Shown piece after piece: positions 51,176-64,000 of a DNA stretch of 64,000 nucleotides. Positions within the stretch are counted from its first letter, which is position 1. Every line of letters begins with the position of its first letter. Position numbers and translations under genes: made by a program. The stretch lies in contig MU626292.1 in the NCBI GenBank assembly GCA_025603075.1, positions 78,790 to 142,789 of the forward strand. The letters are read 5' to 3'. Under the pieces are notes generated by a model. The model saw only the letters and a list, made by a program, of their open reading frames with translations, had not been told where the DNA came from and did not search any database. Source of the stretch: Neoconidiobolus thromboides FSU 785. Taxonomy: Eukaryota; Fungi; Entomophthoromycota.

Positions 51176-52092
51176 ATTAAAAATCAATTAAAAGATTTAG
51201 TGGTATTTATACTATTTTTTATGTAGTGTTAAATATTAATTTTTAATTTTTAATTTTCATGCTTTATTAATGGGTTAATTATTAATTGTTACTATTTTTA
51301 TTATCTTTAAATATACTTTTATTTTATTTTATTTTAAACCTTTAACAAATATTATTAGTTTCAAACATTGTTTAAAGATTGAAGTTAAAAACATGATTCA
51401 CTGTATGATTAATTTTAGTTAAATCTTTATTTTTTATTATTAAATCTAAGTTTTATTACTGATATTTGATTATTCTACAATTAAACTTTAGCTATTAATT
51501 ATTAATTTTTATTAATTTTTATTAATTTTTAATAACATTTATCGTAAACAGAAGATAGTAAAATAGAATATTACGATAATATTCTAATGTTATTAAAACT
51601 TAATACAAAAAGTTAATAAATAATACAATATAAAACAAGATGAGAATAATTTTTCAAAGTTCAATAAAACTTAATTTCAAACATTAGAAACCTTGGAGTT
51701 TAAAAAAACTTTGCGTTTTTAGTTTACCAGAGTGAGATTAAAATCATATATATGAAAATCATTTACTAAATAAATTCATATCAAAAATTAAAATCAACCA
51801 AATTCAATTTTATGGCTGTTTAAAAAATAAACATAAAATTAAAATTAAATAAAAAAAAGTGAGATGTTTTATTATTTTTTCATCTTTTTAGAACTAATTG
51901 TTACATTTTTATAAATTTTATTTATTTTTAGTAACTTTTAAATATAAAACATTGAAGTCCTTAATGGCTGTGATAAGATAATAGAGACTAATATTTTCAT
52001 TTCTGAGTTTATATTTTAGTTTCAACTTAAAACTTTAGATTAAAATTGAATTTTCATAGTTTTGAGATGTTATCTTATCAAGTATAACATAG

Positions 52093-52189
52093 GGGAGTGT
52101 TTTTTTGATTTCATTATTTTTTCCATTTTTAAGTGCTATTTAAGTGGAAAAACTGTTAGTAAAATTCTTAAACACAAAAATACATCCCC
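52093..52189 (+). mobile_element. MITE family A copy
   Basis: GGGAGTGT...ACATCCCC ends with ATAG on both flanks. Confidence 0.85.
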
Positions 52190-52449
52190 ATAGGAAGTTT
52201 AAAATTATATTATTCATAGATTTCAAGCTCAAAAATAATCTCATTGAACTTAAACTAGGACATATCCCATCGAAATTTTAAATTCAACTATAAGATTCTC
52301 ATCGAAATTTTAAAAATCACAAGACATTAATCATAAAAAATTCTTAATACAATTAAGATTCCCAAAAAAAACAAATATTACATATTTATTACAAAAAAAT
52401 GTCTAATTTTATTACATACAAAGAATGTGATTATTCTCAAAAAAGTCTT

Positions 52450-53106
52450 CTATTTCTTATCCTTAGGATCTTGTAAAAGCACACATTCTGGTGGTGCTTG
52501 CTCTTCTACATCTTCTGGGTCTCCACCTGCAGCCTTAAAAATCTCTTTAATCGAAGGATATAAGGCCGCATGTGATTGACGATATTCATATACTAAACCA
52601 GCATCTTTTTTAATTACAAAAGTACCACCTAGTTGAAAGCCATCCCCCTTAAAATTGCCTTTAATATTTCGACCCATTGAAGCTTTAATTGCAGCCCGAC
52701 CTTGAATGCTAAAGATGTCAGCAATGGCACTACTGGGAGATTGTTTTGTTAATCCTAAGGCACAATGAGTTAATTTTTCTTTATCAACATAAAGTCCCCA
52801 TTCCCAATAACCGCCATTAAGAAATTCTTGTAGACCAACTTCATCAAAGGTAATAGCTACTAATTTTATTTTGAGATCATCAAATAAGGGTTTTAAATCC
52901 GAAAGTAAACGAGCTTCATATCGACATAAGGGACAACCTAAACGACGCAATACTTTTAAAATAACAGTACAGTTATTCCATAACGAGTTTAAAGCTACAG
53001 GTTCATTTTTGGCATTAAAAACTATAATACCTTCTAAAAATGAAGGTGTTTCTTTTTTTCCATATCCTTTCGCTTTTTTCATTTTAAGTTTACTAATAAT
53101 GGCCAT
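52450..53106 (-). CDS. Peroxiredoxin-like 2 / AhpC-TSA_2 thioredoxin-fold protein, copy 2
   Basis: VLRRLGCPLCRYEA, GDGFQLGGTFVI; collinear with copy 1. Confidence 0.88.
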   Translation of the reverse strand: MAIISKLKMKKAKGYGKKETPSFLEGIIVFNAKNEPVALNSLWNNCTVILKVLRRLGCPLCRYEARLLSDLKPLFDDLKIKLVAITFDEVGLQEFLNGGYWEWGLYVDKEKLTHCALGLTKQSPSSAIADIFSIQGRAAIKASMGRNIKGNFKGDGFQLGGTFVIKKDAGLVYEYRQSHAALYPSIKEIFKAAGGDPEDVEEQAPPECVLLQDPKDKK

Positions 53107-53984
53107 AGTTTAATAGTATTATTTGTATTCGTTTTAATTTTAATTTTAATTTTAATTTTAAATCAAAATAAATTTAAATTTTATGTTTATATACTTTAAC
53201 TTTTTCAATGTGATCTTATTATTTTATTATTTTATCATCTTACTTTTGAATTTGAATTTGAATTTAAATTTAAATTTGAATTTAAATTTGAATTTTATCG
53301 ATGTAACAAGGTTTGAAAGCAAATGTTTTGCTTGATTTTTATGAAATTGTAAGGTTAATAAGCAATAATTTCATTCTATTCTTATTGATTATATATATAT
53401 TTATTATTTGTTACTTACATCGGAGCTTAAATTTTTACCTTTTTTTATTCAGTTTTAATTTTTGGAGTTTAAAAATGTTAAGTAATTGAAATTAAATCTT
53501 TCTTTTTTAAAATAGAATTAATATCTTAATTTTTATTATTATTATAAAAAATAAATTATTATTTTTTAATACTAATTATTTATTAATTTTTTATAATTAT
53601 TTATTATTAAAATTCAATAGAATAATAAGAAGTGAATTTTAATAGCATATCTTAATTTTATTAGAAAATATTCAAGTTACATATCGTTTGATATTATGAA
53701 GTTTAGAAGAAATAATTCTTTTAAACTTATATAATTTTAAACTTATATTTTAAAAAGTTAAATTTCAATTTTAATTCTCATTTTAAAATGTGTAACAATG
53801 TTAAACAGTAATGAAACAAAATTCATGTCAGAATTTTAATTTTAAATCTCAACTAAAACATCAATTCTAAAAAAATAATATTTGAAACTTTAACAAAAAA
53901 AATAAATTTCAAAAATAAATCTTATAATCTATTTTATATGTATCAAATATCAAACAATAATAAATTTCAATAAATAATTATAGA

Positions 53985-54053
53985 ATAAAAAATAAAAAAT
54001 AAAAAATAAAAAATAAAAAATAAAAAATAAAAAATAAAAAATAAAAAATAAAA
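53985..54053. repeat. (TAAAAAA)n heptamer tandem repeat downstream of DBP4
   Basis: About nine near-perfect units read directly. Confidence 0.9.
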
Positions 54054-54114
54054 GATATAATTAAATTAAATATATAATCTATTCTATACTTAAAACTTCC
54101 CATTCTCTCCTTCT

Positions 54115-56981
54115 TTAAAGATTTAATAATTTTAATGCCAAAGCTTCTTGATCTTCAATAGTAATTGGTTGATCCAGTTCAATAACTTTTGTTTTCTTGT
54201 TCTTTTTGTTATCTTCTTTTTCTTTTGATAATCTTTTATTCTTTGAGTAATCCACTAATATTTTATCATCATCATTTTCATTATCACTGCTATTATTATT
54301 TTCATTATCACTGTCACTATTATTTTCATCATCACTAACATCATCATCATTACCTAAAATAACTTGCATTTCAGTGTCTTCATAATCTTCTTTAAACTAA
54401 ATAAATAAAAATAAGTAATCAATTAATTAATTAATATTATTATTCTAATTAAAAATACTCAATTTTATTTTACCTTAGCTTTTAATTTTAATTTCTTTTC
54501 TTTTTTCTTATCTTTAGCTAATTGTTTATCATGAATATCCGCCAATTTAAATTCCATGTTTTGTTGTTCAATATATTCTTTTTGAATTTTCTTAATATCA
54601 GAATTTTCTAAAAATTCTTGTCCATCTTCTAACTCATATAATTGATGTGCCTAAAATTAAATATGTTAATTTTAATCTTCTTTCTTTTTCATAATTACTA
54701 CAATAAATTGCCACTTACATTTCCTTCGTCATCAAATACCATTTTTTCATTTTTGTTACCACCTTTTAATGCTTTTTGTTTAGCGTTTAATATTTGTCTT
54801 TTATTCATAGCAGCAACTTCCTAATAAAACATAAAATATAAGATATAAAATACAAATTAATTAACTAATCATTCTAATCTTTTCTAAAAATACTCACCTC
54901 AGCACTTTTCCCAAATGTAGCATCATCATTATTATCTAGCGCATGATCTCTTCTTTTAATCTTCATAAAATCATCATCTAGACTTTCATTATCACTTTCT
55001 CTATCTACTAATTTATTATAATGTTCTGCTAAAACAGTTCGATTTTTTTTTAAAAATAATTTTTCAACTTTAGTCTTAGTTTGTTTATCCGTTGATTTTT
55101 TCTTTTCTTCTTCTTCATTATCTTTTTCATTTATTATTTCTCCCACTTTACTTTCATTCATTTTCTTATCTTTCTTTTTGAAAAATTTAATATTAGGTGT
55201 ACCTGGAAGACCAAGGGATTCTGCAAATTGTTCTGCTGGAAGGGCATGTACATCAAATATTTGTTTATTTTTTTGTAAATAAATCGATTTCATATAAGAA
55301 ACAAATGCCTTTTGTCCAATATATTTAATTTCTGGGTCTTTAAAACAAAATGCTTGTAATTGATGTTGAATTTCTTTTAATTGTGATTTTTTGGCTGCTA
55401 TTTTGTTAATTTTGATTTCTTTCTTTTCAATTTCTTCTACCATTTTCATTTCACTTGGTAATAAAAACAAAAGTGAACTTCCACTCGATTCATATCTTGC
55501 TGTACGTCCAATTCGATGAATATATGTTTCTACATCTTCTGGACAATCTAATTGAATTACCCATTCTACCTTAGGAAAATCCAAACCTCTTGCTGCTATA
55601 TCAGTACAAAATAATACACATTCGGGCATTTTGATGTATTTTTCATATACTTCAATACGTTTACTTTGTTTCTGTTTACCATGTAAATGTAATAATGGTA
55701 TACCAGGTTGTAATTTACAAAAAGTCTCAAAGATATAACGAACCTAAATAAAATAATTCTCTATTAATATTTTTATCTTACAATGTATTTTTATATATTA
55801 TTTCACCTGTTTACAACTAGACATAAAAACAATAGTTTTGTTTTTTAAATGGGTTTTAATAAAAGAATATAAGGTATCTAATTTCTTTGGTAATTCAACT
55901 GTCATATAAAATTGTTCTAAATTTTTAGGCGTTGAAAATTTATTTTTTTCATAAACACCTACATATTCCGGTTGATTTAAAGATAATCGTGATAAATCTT
56001 TAACTGATTTAGTTTGTGTAGCTGAAAATAACATTGTTTGTCTTTCTTTAGGTAAAAATTCAATAATTGAATTAACGCTTTTACTAAATCCCATATCTAA
56101 AATTCGATCCGCTTCATCTAATACTATTACAAAATAATAAATAACAATATTATTATTGACCTTTTTTAGTTCATTTTTATCAAGTAAAACTTACCTAAAA
56201 CCTGTAAATTATCTGCATTAAATCCACTCGTTTCATCCATATGTTGTAATAATCGACCTGGTGTACCAATCAATATATTCATTTTACTAATTCTTTCTTT
56301 TTCATGTTTTACTTGTTTACCACCAATCACTAAACCTGCAGATAAACTATGATGTTTGCCAATCTTACATAAAACCCCAAATATTTGTACAGCCTAAAAA
56401 GAATTGGAATATTAGTCAAAAAGAAGAGAGAGAAAAGGATAATAACTTACTAATTCTCTAGTTGGAGAAATAATCAAAGCACCTAAACCATCTTGTGAGC
56501 CCCATTTATTTAAATATAAGTTTTCAATAACCTAAAAGAAATTTCAATTAATTAAAAATTTCTCCTTTTTTTTTTATTACTTACAGGTATTAAAAAAGCT
56601 AATGTTTTACCACTTCCAGTTTTAGCTGCTGCTAATACATCTTTACGACTTAAAGCTTTTGGTAATGCTAATTTTTGAATCTCCGTCATTTCTAAGAAAT
56701 TACTTTCTTTTAAACCTAAATTTTGAATACAAGTTAGATATTATAATAAAATTCACAGTTGATATTTAATAAAACTTACCTCGAATTGTTTTACTAGAGA
56801 TGGGTAACTCAGTAAACTTATTAGTTTCCGGTGGAGTCTATAACAAAGAATAGAATCAATTAAGGATATATGAATTTATTAAAAATTTATTTACAATCTC
56901 TTTTGTTTCCAAAATCAATTTTTCAATCTCTTCTAAATCTGCTTTGACTCGATCTTTTCTACCTCCTTGTAACTTAGGCAT
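54115..56981 (-). CDS. DBP4: DEAD-box rRNA-processing helicase DBP4/DDX10 (spliced)
   Basis: [75 protein letters not shown]; ends [12 protein letters not shown]. Confidence 0.95.
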
Positions 56982-57280
56982 TTGGATTCTTTTTCTGTTA
57001 AAAGATTTAAAAATGGAAATTGAATTGAAAATTTTGAAAATTAAGTTTATTCTAATTCTCTCAAGAATAACCACTCAAAAATAAAAATTTCATTTGTTTT
57101 TTAACTCAAGGTTGATACTAAGTTTTTTTTTCTTATTTAATAACAGTTAAGAAATGACCAAAATCTAGACTAAAATAATTCAAAAAAGCAAAACTCAAAA
57201 AGCTTACAAAAAATCTTCAATTATAAAAAACCTAGAATATTTATTTATTATCATTAAAATTCAATTCTCACACATAGTGT

Positions 57281-58976
<1,696 letters not shown>

Positions 58977-59370
58977 TTTTAATTATATTGAAAATGAAAA
59001 AATAATAATGAATTTCTTTTTTTGATGAATTTAATTTTGTTTTATAAAATTAACAAAATCAGATATCTTTTTGATGTAAAACCATAATGTTTGAATTTCA
59101 AATAAAGTAGTGAAACAAATAATGTCCAAGTTATTAGAAACAATAAAAAATGATTATTAAAAATAAATAGAATAATTGAACTCAAAACATCGATTTTATT
59201 TTTATTTAAAATGAAATCAAAAAGAAGAAGGGGAGGTAAAGATCTTAAATGAAAAAAAGAAAAAGAGGGATACAAAAGAGACAAATTTTTAAATTTGAGT
59301 GAAAAGATAGAAAAATGGCATCAACATAAATTCAATTATAAACGTAAAACCAAGTACCAAGTTTTTTCTT

Positions 59371-61449
59371 TTACTCAACAAATTCTTTTCCTTCCTTTAC
59401 TTTTTCAATTGTATTCTCTGTTTCCTTCAATTTCAATCTCTCGTTATCATCATCATCTAAATTTAATTTATCATTCATCAAATTATGAATTTCTTCAACA
59501 TCATGATCTGTATCCAATGGGGTTAATTCTCCTGTACTAGGTGAAAATTGATTGGAATAATAAATAGGATAGCCATTAACTTGTTGGTTTGGATAAGGAT
59601 GTCCATTGAAATAGGGTGACATTGTCGGATAAGGGAGATAAGGACTATAAAAATAAAATAGAATAAAAAGTTAGTATCATGGTTATTATAAAATAATATA
59701 GTATTATTATATTATATATTATATTATATTGTATTAATCCACTTACTTTGGTGATAAGTGAATATTATTATCAACTGGATAAAAGGTAGGTGAAAAGGCA
59801 TAAAAATAAGGTAAATGATTGGGACTAAATGGAATAGGAAAATAATTCTAAATTAATAAATAAAACAAATTAATAATAATAATAATAAGCTTTATAATAC
59901 ATTAAATACATTAAATAGTTTAAATTTTGTTACCTGATTATTATTATTATTATTTTGGTTATTATTTTGATTATTATTCTTTTTGTTTTTATTTTTATAA
60001 TAACTTCCATTATTATTATAATTATGCTGATGATTATTATTACTATCAGCATAACGTACTTGTAGCTCATTTTGTCCATTTAGTAATTTATAGTTGTTAA
60101 ATTTTTCTATTATTATATCTGAAGATTCTCGATCAATCATTCTATTTATATTTATTTATTTAATATATACTATTAAATATTATTTCATGTATTAATATTA
60201 AATTTATTACCTAGCTAAAGCTACCCCCTTAGATAATTGATTTTGATCTCTTAGTACTCTACAAGAGATTATTTTATATGGAGAAAATAAAGTTTCTAAG
60301 TCCTAACAAAATCATTGAATATCATTTATAATAATATTAATAAAATAAACTTACCTTTTCATTATAATTTAATGGTAAATTAGAAACATAAACATTAGTA
60401 TTTAGATTACTAATATTATTTCTCATCTTAATATTGTTATTGTTTTGCTATATTAAAAAAAATTAAAACCTTCAATTCTTTCATTAAAGATTAAATTTTC
60501 ATTTACCCCATTATGATCACTATCATTATCCCCTACATTACTATTATTACTACTATTATTATTGTTATCACTTTGATTTTGAATTTTAGCAAAAGAAGCA
60601 TCAAATCCAGCCATTGATAGGCAATGAATAGCATATTGAGCTTGATGTAAATATTCATACATAACAAAGCCATATCCTCGACACAAATTACTCTTAGGAT
60701 CAATTATTGATTTACTTGAAACTATCATCCCATATCTATATAGAAACAAATAAATAAATAAAATATTAATAAATAACATAATATTGTATATATAACTCAT
60801 ATTTAATATATATATATAACCTACCCAGAACACATATTAAACAAGGCTTCATCTGTAGTATTTGGAGGTAAACCACGAATATAAACATTGGTAGTATAAC
60901 TATTGGGATATTTATTAGCTTTAATATATTTTAAATTCATTTTTGTTGAAATAGTGGATCCCCCTGGTGAACTTGGGTATAATATTGGTGAAGATTGATT
61001 ATTTGGGTATATTGTTGGGGATATTAAATAATATGGGGGAATAGAAGGCAATATTGGATTTTGATTATTGGAGTTGAGATTGGGATTATTGGATTCGGTT
61101 GTATTATTATTATTATCGTTATTGCTACTATTATTGTCATTATTGTTATCTTGTTGCTGTTGTTGTTGTTGCTGTTGCTGTTGATTTGGATTATAATTAA
61201 TATAATTCATAACAGGTCCATTGTTAGGTGAGATATGCTCTATTGGTATATATGGGTACATATAAGGATATGTATAATTATAAGCTTGTTGTTCATGATT
61301 TGTTGTTGTTTCTAAGAATTGTTCTTTTTCAGTCTCAATTGTGAAATCTTGAGTTTCTTTTTGATTTTCTGGTTGTTTAAAATCTAGAAAAAATTCATTA
61401 ATAATGTTGGATATTGATATTATTATAGTAAAGAGTAAATACCTTCCAT
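59371..61449 (-). CDS. Two-RRM RNA-binding protein, RBMS/MSSP (Shep/SUP-26)-like (spliced)
   Basis: TNVYIRGLPPNTTDEAL..YGMIVSSKSIID...CRGYGFV; TNVYVSNLP...SKGVALA|RM...QVRYADS. Poly-Q and poly-N tracts. The start exon ME|DFK is inferred. Confidence 0.85.
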
Positions 61450-62456
61450 CTTTTCTTTATATATACTGATTTTTTAAAAAATATTAGCTTGTTATTAATT
61501 TTAACATATAAATTGATAAAATTGAGATAAAAATGTAAAATAACAAGAAGCTAATTTTCTTTTAAAATAAATAAAAAAGAAATAACAAGTTATCTTAAGT
61601 TTTATCGAATTGTTATTTCATTTCATATATAATTTGATTTGATTTTCTATTTTTAAACGACACGCTCTTTATAGATTACAATTGATTGGTTAATATAAGA
61701 ATAAATAGAGTTAGCTATTTTACTGTGACTGTTAATTCAAAAAAATGATAAAAAGCGATTTGAATTCAACTAATTTATTAACATAGCTTTCTTAATAAAC
61801 TAATATTACGTTTTTTTAAAGAATATAAAATTGTTAATTATAATATTAAATCTTATCTCTATATGTATTTTTTGACTTATGTATTTTTTTACAAACTTCT
61901 ACTTTTGAAAAACTGAATTAACTAAAAGACCCTTTTTAAGCTTACTAAGAATTGTTTTTTGTTTTCATTATACCCTTATCGCACTATTAAATTCTCGAGA
62001 ATTTGCAACTATTAATAGTCCTAAAAAAATATGAAAATTCTCAATTCGGTTTTTTTATTCTAAATAACCTAACTTTAACCTCTAATTTAATTTAAATAAA
62101 ATTGGGGGTCCTTATTATTTACAATAAACTTAGGAAATTATAGAATTAAGCTATTTGATTTCTTATTAAAATTTGCAGTATTATTAATTACAACATCAAA
62201 TAAAATTTTCATATAAAATTAATTTTGGCTTTTTATTGAAACGTTTCCTAGATATATATTTTTCATCTCTATTATTCTAAATCAATTATTAATTTTTTCA
62301 TTAAGTTTTAGCTGCAAAAGTTACGATCAATAAATTATTGATATTAATCCAAGATACTTTTTGATACTATATTTTTCAGGCTATAGCCTCCCTCTTTAGA
62401 TAGGTTCCTATAACTTTTTTTTACAGCGAAGCCTTGCTTTTTCCGCTATATTATAT

Positions 62457-62549
62457 GGAGGTGTTTTTTTGGTTTCATTGCTTTCGCGCTTCTTAAGTAC
62501 TATTTAAATGGAAAAACTGTTAATAAAATTCTTAAAAAAATACATCCTC
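62457..62549 (+). mobile_element. MITE family A copy
   Basis: GGAGGTGT...ACATCCTC ends with ATAT on both flanks. Confidence 0.8.
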
Positions 62550-63021
62550 ATATTACCTTTTTTATATAACTTAAGCACTATTTTCTGTTCAAAAATGATT
62601 TAAAAATTATTAGTAGTTTTATTTATTAAGGTGCTATAAATATTAATAAATATCAAATAAAGCGAAAGCCAAATATTTACTATTTGGTTTTTAAAGTGTA
62701 GTTATTTTTAAATAAGCTGTTAATTAGTTTGTAATTTTATTACAAAATTGTAAAATTATAATTAAAATTACATTTTTGTTTAATATTTAGCTGTAATTTT
62801 ATTTATTTATTAATACATTTTTGGCTTAACATTTAAACCTTTTTAATATAAGTTTGATTTTTTACAAAATGTTTAAAAAATATTAAGCAACAGTTTTCTT
62901 ATATAATACCTTTGACTAAATAATCTAATGTCAAGTTTTTATTTAATTTTTTAAATATAAAATAATAATAATTTAAAAAATATGATATTAAAAATATTAA
63001 CTAAAATTATATATCTAATAT

Positions 63022-63479
63022 TGTAGAATATCGCTTTGTCAGCTCTATGATTGACTATAACATAATAATCACCTAAGTTGTTATACTCCCGAGTCTAGGC
63101 ACAATCAATCCCAAGATTTTTTTATTTGTTATGAGAATTTCTACCATATAATTCCAAAGAACATTATCCACTGATTTTGATATACATACTTGTTAGAGTA
63201 TAAAGGGACTTTAGAAGATAATAGCTCAAGGCTTTTAATTAAATTATTCCCTGATGTCGTATCTTTAATAAAGCCATTAAATCCTTCTGATAATCTTTTA
63301 CGTAGATTTTACATTAGCATTGTCTATTCTATTTGTTTTACATATTCCGTAGCCTATTAAGTACTATTCTTCATAATTCAAACCTATTTTAGTTACATGA
63401 ACTAAGACTTTCCAACATACGGCTAGTCGACCAAACAAAAACTACTTTTAACTCCAATTACTGAGTACCAGATTTCACA
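63022..63479 (-). repeat. Repeat family B, full-length diverged copy
   Basis: TGTAGAATA...GATTTCACA ends; collinear with 10412 and 22982. Confidence 0.75.
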
Positions 63480-63745
63480 AAACATTTAAAAAATTAGATC
63501 AAACTGTATAACGTAAAACTGTTATTTTGATTTTTATGAAACATTTCTTTGTTAGTTTTATAGTTATTATAGTGTAATAATTATTTAACTTCCTTACGAA
63601 ATTAATTATACCTTTATAGTTAAACTAATTATAGTTTATACAGTATAGTTAGTTTAAAGTTTTTTACTTTAACTTATAAAAATATTGACTATTTAATTAT
63701 AAAATACATCCCCATATTTTTATTTTGATATCTACACTTAGTAGC

Positions 63746-64000
63746 TGTGAAATCTGGTACTCAGGCTTTGGAGTCAAGAACAGCTATTGCTGGGTTGACT
63801 ACACTATAAGTCGAAAGGTCTTAGTTTATGTGACTAAGATAGACTTGGATTATGAGGAATAGCATGTAATAGGTTACTAGCTATATAAGACAAATAGAAT
63901 AGACAATACTAATGTAAAATCTATGTAAAATACTATTAAGAAAACTTAGTGGCTTTATTAAATGTTCGAGATATCAGGGATTAATTCAGTTAAAAAGCCT
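63746..64000 (+). repeat. Repeat family B copy running off the window end
   Basis: Begins TGTGAAATCTGGTACTCAG; close match to the start of the 22982 copy. Confidence 0.8.

Noticed and set aside
50627-51226. 199-aa plus-strand ORF (and 52871-53113) antisense to the peroxiredoxin-like genes
   Set aside because: Shadow frames of the real genes, extended by the ATTTT microsatellite (FYFIFY repeats); no independent protein features.
50880-52940. Possible selenoproteins, since SelU/AhpC-type proteins carry Sec in some organisms including a few early-diverging fungi
   Set aside because: Both CxxC cysteines are TGT codons in both paralogs and there is no in-frame TGA.

Overview
Very AT-rich, intron-rich eukaryotic nuclear DNA with short GT-AG introns (about 45-70 nt). 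The proteins are fungal. An early-diverging fungus of the Conidiobolus/Zoopagomycota type is my inference from composition, intron density and the F-box family; it is not verified. Compact housekeeping clusters hold ATM1, TANGO2, a fibronectin-III/coiled-coil membrane protein, eIF2-alpha, TAF6, mitochondrial ClpX, a DFG10-like reductase, a Nup159-like protein, beta-MPP, YDJ1, ATP2, SEC12, DBP4, NKAP and an RBMS-like RRM protein. These alternate with repeat-rich accessory blocks. The accessory blocks contain about 22 copies of one ~98-bp MITE (GGGG...CCCC ends, 4-bp mostly AWWT target duplications), four copies of a ~460-bp TG...CA element, three other single-copy MITE-like elements, an intronless F-box family (one intact copy, two pseudogenes) and a tandem pair of CxxC peroxiredoxin-like genes. 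No tRNA, rRNA or CRISPR array was seen. Exon boundaries of spliced genes were read by eye and are approximate.
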